Shown here one piece after another: positions 56,954 to 61,804 of a DNA stretch of 61,804 nt; the first letter of the stretch is position 1, and the number at the start of each line of letters is the position of its first letter. Under the pieces are notes generated by a model, which was not told where the DNA came from, ran no database searches, and saw only the letters and a list, made by a program, of their open reading frames with translations. The position numbers and the translations under genes were made by a program. The DNA is from an uncultured Bacillales bacterium (GTDB lineage: Bacteria; Bacillota_I; Bacilli_A; RF39; UBA660), in NCBI GenBank assembly GCA_946611235.1, contig CAMODE010000003.1:1-61804 (forward strand). The letters are read 5' to 3'.

Positions 56954-57451
56954 ATGGAAAATTTAGTAGAAAGTATAGTAAAAATACTCGGACCACTAGG
57001 TAAAGAATTAGTAGTATTTATAATATCAATATTACCAATACTCGAACTACGAGGAGGCTTAATAGCAGCTTCTCTATTAAAGGTTACTTTCTTTAAAGGA
57101 TATATAATTAGTATTATAGGTAATATCTTACCTATTCCATTGGTACTATTATTCTTAGATAAAATATTTAGTTTATTAAAAAAATTTAAATTTACTGGTA
57201 AGATTGTAACTAAATTAGAAAAGAAAATATTATCTAAGAAAAAGCAAATTGATAAATATGGATATTTAGGACTACTACTATTTGTAGGAATACCCCTTCC
57301 TGGAACTGGAGCTTGGACAGGTTCAGCACTTGCAGTACTACTTCATCTAGATAAAAAGAAATCATTTATCTATATAATACTAGGAGTAATTTTAGCAAGT
57401 ATCATAATGAGCATCTTCTCTTATGGAATACTAGGTAATATAATAAAATAA
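56954..57451 (+). CDS. Small membrane protein of the small multidrug export (COG2426) type
   Basis: PILELRGGLIAA and GIPLPGTGAWTGS motifs, 4-5 TM segments. Confidence 0.65.
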   Translation: MENLVESIVKILGPLGKELVVFIISILPILELRGGLIAASLLKVTFFKGYIISIIGNILPIPLVLLFLDKIFSLLKKFKFTGKIVTKLEKKILSKKKQIDKYGYLGLLLFVGIPLPGTGAWTGSALAVLLHLDKKKSFIYIILGVILASIIMSIFSYGILGNIIK

Positions 57452-57482
57452 AGTTATTTCAAACTGAAATAACTTTATTTTT
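57451..57482 (+). terminator. Rho-independent terminator
   Basis: 11-bp stem AAGTTATTTCA / TGAAATAACTT with loop AAC, followed by TATTTTT. Confidence 0.6.
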
Positions 57483-57563
57483 CTATACATGCATTAAGTA
57501 AAAATGAGATCATTACGAATAAAAATTATAAGATTTTCACTCGCTGAGTGTAAAAACTTGGAT

Positions 57564-58415
57564 TTATATTCTATCAAAAGTTATATTACCTAGTCTTCCT
57601 TCTTGCAAATCTTTAATTACTCTTAAGTATACTTTATCATAATCAACTTCATTATTTTTAATAGCACCTATCTTTTTACCTATTTGATCTAATACTTCAA
57701 TTAAATCATCAGTATTAGTTAAATTATATCTACTTATAATATTATCTTTATATAGAGATAACATCTTATTAATAATATATATAGCAATTTCATCAATATT
57801 TAATACTTCTTCTTTAATCGCCGTCATACTAGCTAAATTCTTAGCTACTTCTATATCATTAATCTTAGGCATTAAGATACCAGGAGTATCTAATAATTCT
57901 AATTTATCATTAATTCTTATCCATTCTAAAGATTTAGTAATACCAGGTTTATTTCCTACATTTGTAGCTTTCTTACCTACTAATCTATTTATCAAAGTAC
58001 TCTTACCGACATTAGGTACTCCTACTACTAGAATACGTGCTCTTCTAGGTTTTAATCCTTTACTAATTCTTTTATTATTTAATTCACCAATAATAGGATC
58101 TATTTTATTATATAGTTCTTTCAAATTAGAACTATTAATTAAATCTAACATTATAACTACATAACCCTTATCTTCATAATATTTCTTCCACTTATTAGTA
58201 ATATCTAAATCACATAAATCAGTCTTAGTTATAATAAGAACTCTAGGTTTATTAGATATAATACTATTAATATCTTCATTCTTAGAAGAATAAGGTATTC
58301 TAGCATCTATTACTTCAAAAACCACATCTATTAAATCAATTTTTTCTTTAATCTCTCTCTTAGTCTTAGCCATATGACCAGGATACCAGTTTATATTAGT
58401 TTTATTTTCATTCAT
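57564..58415 (-). CDS. rbgA: Ribosome biogenesis GTPase A (YlqF/RbgA)
   Basis: INWYPGHMAKT, circularly permuted GTPase motifs (ITKTDL ... GVPNVGKST ... DTPG). Confidence 0.9.
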   Translation of the reverse strand: MNENKTNINWYPGHMAKTKREIKEKIDLIDVVFEVIDARIPYSSKNEDINSIISNKPRVLIITKTDLCDLDITNKWKKYYEDKGYVVIMLDLINSSNLKELYNKIDPIIGELNNKRISKGLKPRRARILVVGVPNVGKSTLINRLVGKKATNVGNKPGITKSLEWIRINDKLELLDTPGILMPKINDIEVAKNLASMTAIKEEVLNIDEIAIYIINKMLSLYKDNIISRYNLTNTDDLIEVLDQIGKKIGAIKNNEVDYDKVYLRVIKDLQEGRLGNITFDRI

Positions 58416-58432
58416 GAGTATTACCTCCTTTA

Positions 58433-59572
58433 TTATTTAACATTTATTTGTTTATCAATATTTTTTTCAATAAATTCTTTTACTAGTTCTTCCATATCCT
58501 TAAGTTGCTTATAAGATATTCTTAGTAATGGAATATTGTTTTTTTGACAATACTCATCTTTTATTCTATCCCTTATTTGTGTTTCTTCTAAACTCTTCTG
58601 ACCTCCAAAGTAGTCAATTGCTTTAAAATGTTGAGGCCCATCATATTCAATTAATAATAATTTACCATCTTTTTCAATACATGTATCGAATCTAAGTTTT
58701 TGTTTATAAACTAAATCTTCAAAAGTTTTTTGCTTTTCTATTTTATAACCTAAACCAGATATAAAACTATTAACAAGTCTTTCACCTAAACTATCTTTAT
58801 CATTATTATATCTTGAATAAAGAACATCTAGTTTGATAATTTGTTCATCAGAATATAAACCTTTACTATAATTATAGCAAACTTCGCTCCAACATCTAGA
58901 ATATTCAAATTCACTTTGGTATGGCCATCTTTTTTCTTGTACTATAAAACCACATAGTTTATCAAAAGAATGAGAACTCGCATAATCATATATATCCCTT
59001 AATTCTTCATCGGATATAAATGAAACTTGCTTTGCATATTCAAGTACTTTATATAACCATTCTTTTTTAAATGGAAATCTGCCTTCTCTATTTATGAATT
59101 CTTTTAAGTCATCAATTATTTCTTTTGAATTATTATATTTAAAAAGAGATGAATATCCAAATACTATACTGTTTTCTTGCTTTGTAAGCTCATTATACTT
59201 TTTAGAAAATAGTTTATCAGACATATAATGAAAGTTTTTCGCCCATTCTTCTTGTGTTCTATCTTCTTTTCTTCTATACAAATATAAATCTTTTAATCTA
59301 GCTTTATATAGGTCTTTAGAAAATTCTTGAATAACACGTTCAATATTATAATCATCTAAGTCAAAACATTGAAATTCAACAATATTTGAAATGTATCCAT
59401 TATGAAAGACAAATTCAAAGGAATCTCTAAGTACTAACTTTATGGTATATTGTAAAAAACCAGATGAGTCATCTGTGAAAATTGTTATGCCCTCAACCAT
59501 TGGATAATTATAATTTGAAACTAGTCCATCTATAATTTTATTCGTAATATCTTTCATATTAACTGATTCCAT
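58433..59572 (-). CDS. 379-aa protein with C-terminal PD-(D/E)xK (Vsr/DUF559-like) endonuclease-fold domain
   Basis: The C-terminal LRFDTCIEKDGKLLLIEYDGPQHF....Q.RDRIKDEYC..NNIPLLRI pattern fits this fold. The middle region has helicase-associated-domain-like W/Y repeats. Confidence 0.6.
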   Translation of the reverse strand: MESVNMKDITNKIIDGLVSNYNYPMVEGITIFTDDSSGFLQYTIKLVLRDSFEFVFHNGYISNIVEFQCFDLDDYNIERVIQEFSKDLYKARLKDLYLYRRKEDRTQEEWAKNFHYMSDKLFSKKYNELTKQENSIVFGYSSLFKYNNSKEIIDDLKEFINREGRFPFKKEWLYKVLEYAKQVSFISDEELRDIYDYASSHSFDKLCGFIVQEKRWPYQSEFEYSRCWSEVCYNYSKGLYSDEQIIKLDVLYSRYNNDKDSLGERLVNSFISGLGYKIEKQKTFEDLVYKQKLRFDTCIEKDGKLLLIEYDGPQHFKAIDYFGGQKSLEETQIRDRIKDEYCQKNNIPLLRISYKQLKDMEELVKEFIEKNIDKQINVK

Positions 59573-59622
59573 AATTCACCTCTTTTATTAAATGTTTAAC
59601 CGTCAATACCAAGTATCAAATA

Positions 59623-60630
59623 CTATTCATTATTTGTCTTATTTTCTTCCAAATATTTATTATATAATTCATCCATTGATGATATATATTTTTGGTCTTG
59701 AATTACTCTATATTTTTCATATTCACTTTCTGCTTTTTCTATAGCTTGTTTATGTGATATATTACCAGAATTACTTAATATATCTTTTTTTCTAAACTTT
59801 AATAAATTATCTGTTTCATCTATCCATTTTTGCATTGTCATAAGTTCATGTTCTTCAGCCATTCCTTCAGCATAGTCTAAAAATAATGTAGTTAAGTTTT
59901 CTAACTTTTTTATTTCATTTTCATTTAAATAGTTTTTAGCAATACTAACATCATATTTATAGATTTTTCCATCCGGACTATGTTTCCAGTTTGTTAAACC
60001 CATATGTTCAACTTTTGAATCAGCTCTTGAATAAATAAGCTCAGCAGCAGTCTTGCCAGTTATTGCATAATGTAATTTATTTTGAACAATTTTAAAGAAA
60101 GTATAAGCTTCTTCAGAATCTTTATCATAATCAATACTTGTTGTTTCAAAAATATCAGTTATCTTTTGGTATAATCTTCTTTCCGATAACCTAATCTCTT
60201 TAATTGCTTCAAGCAATTCATCATAATAGTCTTTACCAAACTTAAGTCCATTTTTCATTCTTTCTTTATCAATTTTAAAGCCTTTAATAATATAATCTTT
60301 TAAAACCTCAGTTGCCCAAATACGAAATTTAGTAGCTTTCTTTGAATTAACTCTATACCCTACAGCAATAATTGCATCTAAATTATAAAAACCTGTTAGA
60401 TATTTTTTTCCATCTGATGCAGTTACTCTAATTTTTTGAGTAACTGAATTTTTATCCAATTCATTTGAATCAAAAATATTTTGCAAATGATATGTTATAT
60501 TATTTTCTCTTACGTCAAATAAGGTTGCCATACTTTTTTGAGTAAGCCATATTGTTTCATCTTTTAATATAACATCAATATTTACTTTTCCATCTCCTGT
60601 TTCATATAAAACTATATTGCTCTCTTTCAT
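59623..60630 (-). CDS. RhuM family protein
   Basis: IVLYETGDGKVNIDVILKDETIWLTQKSMATLFDV....I..HL.NIF....L and YNLDAIIAVGYRVNSKKATKFRIWAT signatures. Confidence 0.8.
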   Translation of the reverse strand: MKESNIVLYETGDGKVNIDVILKDETIWLTQKSMATLFDVRENNITYHLQNIFDSNELDKNSVTQKIRVTASDGKKYLTGFYNLDAIIAVGYRVNSKKATKFRIWATEVLKDYIIKGFKIDKERMKNGLKFGKDYYDELLEAIKEIRLSERRLYQKITDIFETTSIDYDKDSEEAYTFFKIVQNKLHYAITGKTAAELIYSRADSKVEHMGLTNWKHSPDGKIYKYDVSIAKNYLNENEIKKLENLTTLFLDYAEGMAEEHELMTMQKWIDETDNLLKFRKKDILSNSGNISHKQAIEKAESEYEKYRVIQDQKYISSMDELYNKYLEENKTNNE

Positions 60631-60648
60631 ATATGTACTTCCTCTCTA

Positions 60649-61017
60649 TTAATATAAAATGTGTCGACATTTAGTCATATATTCTCTTAAAACTTTAGTA
60701 GCCCATATTCTAAACTCCGTTGCCCTTTTTGAATTAACCCTATATACTACTGCAATAATTGTATCTAGATTATATATTTTTGTTTTATAATTTTTACCAT
60801 CAGAAACAGTTACCGAGGAATTCTCGGCAACTAAATTTTCATCTAATTCGTTATCTTTAAAAATATTTTTTAGATGTAAAGAAATATTATCAGTACTACA
60901 ATCAAATACTTTTGACATTCCTTTTTGTGTAAGCCATAATGTTTCATTTTTATAAATTGCATCAACAATAATATCACCATTATCATTTTTATATATAATT
61001 AAGTTATTATCTGGCAT
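60649..61017 (-). pseudogene. Truncated RhuM paralogue (N-terminal 115 aa only)
   Basis: Collinear with residues 1-115 of 59623..60630 (LIIYKNDNGDIIVDAIYKNETLWLTQKGMSKVFD...YNLDTIIAVVYRVNSKRATEFRIWAT), then ends. Confidence 0.6.
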
Positions 61018-61107
61018 TTAATATTTCCACCCTTTCATAATAATAGATTATATTCTTGTTATCATTTTTTCGTTTAAGTATCAAAATATTTATATAGATT
61101 ATATTTT

Positions 61108-61674
61108 TTAAGAATTCCTTTCAATAATTAAGTCTGCTACGGTTAAATTTTTATCATTAATAATATTAGATAACATTGTATCCGCTACATCCTTTGGATT
61201 CATAAAGGATGCTTGTTTCTCTTTCGAAACATAATCCCTACTATTTTTATAGAAGTTTGTATTTATACCGCCTGGATATACTCCTATTACTTTTACACTT
61301 GTACCTTTATATGCTGCTTTTAAACTCTCAGTATAACCTTTTTCTCCCCATTTAGTGGCACAGTATACTGCTTCTTGTTTATTTCCTCTAAGAGCAGCTG
61401 AAGACATAATATTTACTATTTTAATATTTTGTTCATTCTTTACCTTCAATACTTCGGTTGAACATAGAATCATTCCTTTAAGTCCTTTAAAGCATTTATC
61501 AATATCTTCGTTAGTATAATTAGTAGGTAATTTAAACGAAGGCTCACCAGCACAATTAATTAATATTTCAATATTGCCAAGACTAGAGATATCCTCAATT
61601 GTTTCTTTTATAAATTTTTCATCTGAAATATCTCCAATATAACCTTTATAGTTACATTTATATTCTTTGTTCAT
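61108..61674 (-). CDS. Short-chain dehydrogenase/reductase lacking the N-terminal TGxxxGxG dinucleotide-binding segment (likely truncated)
   Basis: INCAG, S...YCATKWG (YxxxK) and VYPGGINT motifs are present. No glycine-rich motif. A separate short frame MSLKEKIQSYIPYNEQRI* lies just upstream in another frame. Confidence 0.65.
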   Translation of the reverse strand: MNKEYKCNYKGYIGDISDEKFIKETIEDISSLGNIEILINCAGEPSFKLPTNYTNEDIDKCFKGLKGMILCSTEVLKVKNEQNIKIVNIMSSAALRGNKQEAVYCATKWGEKGYTESLKAAYKGTSVKVIGVYPGGINTNFYKNSRDYVSKEKQASFMNPKDVADTMLSNIINDKNLTVADLIIERNS

Positions 61675-61721
61675 TATATGGTATATAACTTTGAATTTTT
61701 TCTTTAAGAGACATATTATCT

Positions 61722-61804
61722 CCCCCTATTTTTAAATATTAAAATCCCTTTTATATTCTAATACTTTTTCTAATACTTTAGCGTGAGCATTATGCATTAA
61801 ACCT
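61722..61804 (-). CDS. 3' end of a CDS entering from the right window edge
   Basis: The open frame ...GLMHNAHAKVLEKVLEYKRDFNI ends at TAA 61724-61722. Confidence 0.3.

Noticed and set aside
61675-61721. Short frame MSLKEKIQSYIPYNEQRI* upstream of the SDR ORF as the missing SDR N-terminus
   Set aside because: It lacks the TGxxxGxG motif and is in a different frame. An internal deletion or rearrangement is more likely, so the SDR is annotated as truncated.

Overview
Strongly AT-rich, low-GC Firmicutes-type chromosomal window. It carries sporulation-associated genes and Bacillus-like yrrM-yrrN-yrrO-greA synteny, and most genes lie on the minus strand. Contents from left to right: (1) A compact type VIIb-like secretion locus: EssC ATPase, YukD/EsaB-like protein, one WXG100 protein, five 89-116-aa helical proteins and a 594-aa CW_7/beta-repeat protein. 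It is disrupted by a 990-bp IS66-family deletion derivative with an 8-bp target duplication, and a 196-bp MITE shares that IS's inverted repeats. (2) An ~840-nt ORF-less group II intron in the leader of a glycerophosphodiester phosphodiesterase gene. (3) Cell-wall genes (SpoIID-like/PG-binding, 5x LysM). (4) A decayed mobile-element remnant next to tRNA-Thr(GGU): a Mob relaxase fragment with three in-frame TAA codons, C39-like and NlpC/P60 peptidases, and a frameshifted, truncated serine recombinase. (5) Housekeeping uppP-tig-greA-U32/U32-O-methyltransferase. (6) An accessory stretch with a 1021-aa orphan repeat protein, a Ca-type P-type ATPase and two Doc/Fic-like paralogues that have Q in place of the active-site H. 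(7) A class-C-like group II intron (RT/maturase) inserted just after a terminator hairpin, which forms the left junction of item 8. (8) A ~10.5-kb integrative mobilizable element integrated in the recG terminator. It carries an integrase, MobV relaxase, RepA-like ATPase, PezAT-like TA pair, a fused ABC-ATPase/TOPRIM defence-type protein and a run of small enzyme-like cargo genes. (9) Housekeeping recG, ylbD/ylbE-like, ligA, an M16 peptidase pair, deoD and rbgA, interspersed with a surface LRR protein and a RhuM/endonuclease-like islet. I saw no rRNA genes or CRISPR arrays. All family assignments come from motif recognition by eye, not from database searches.
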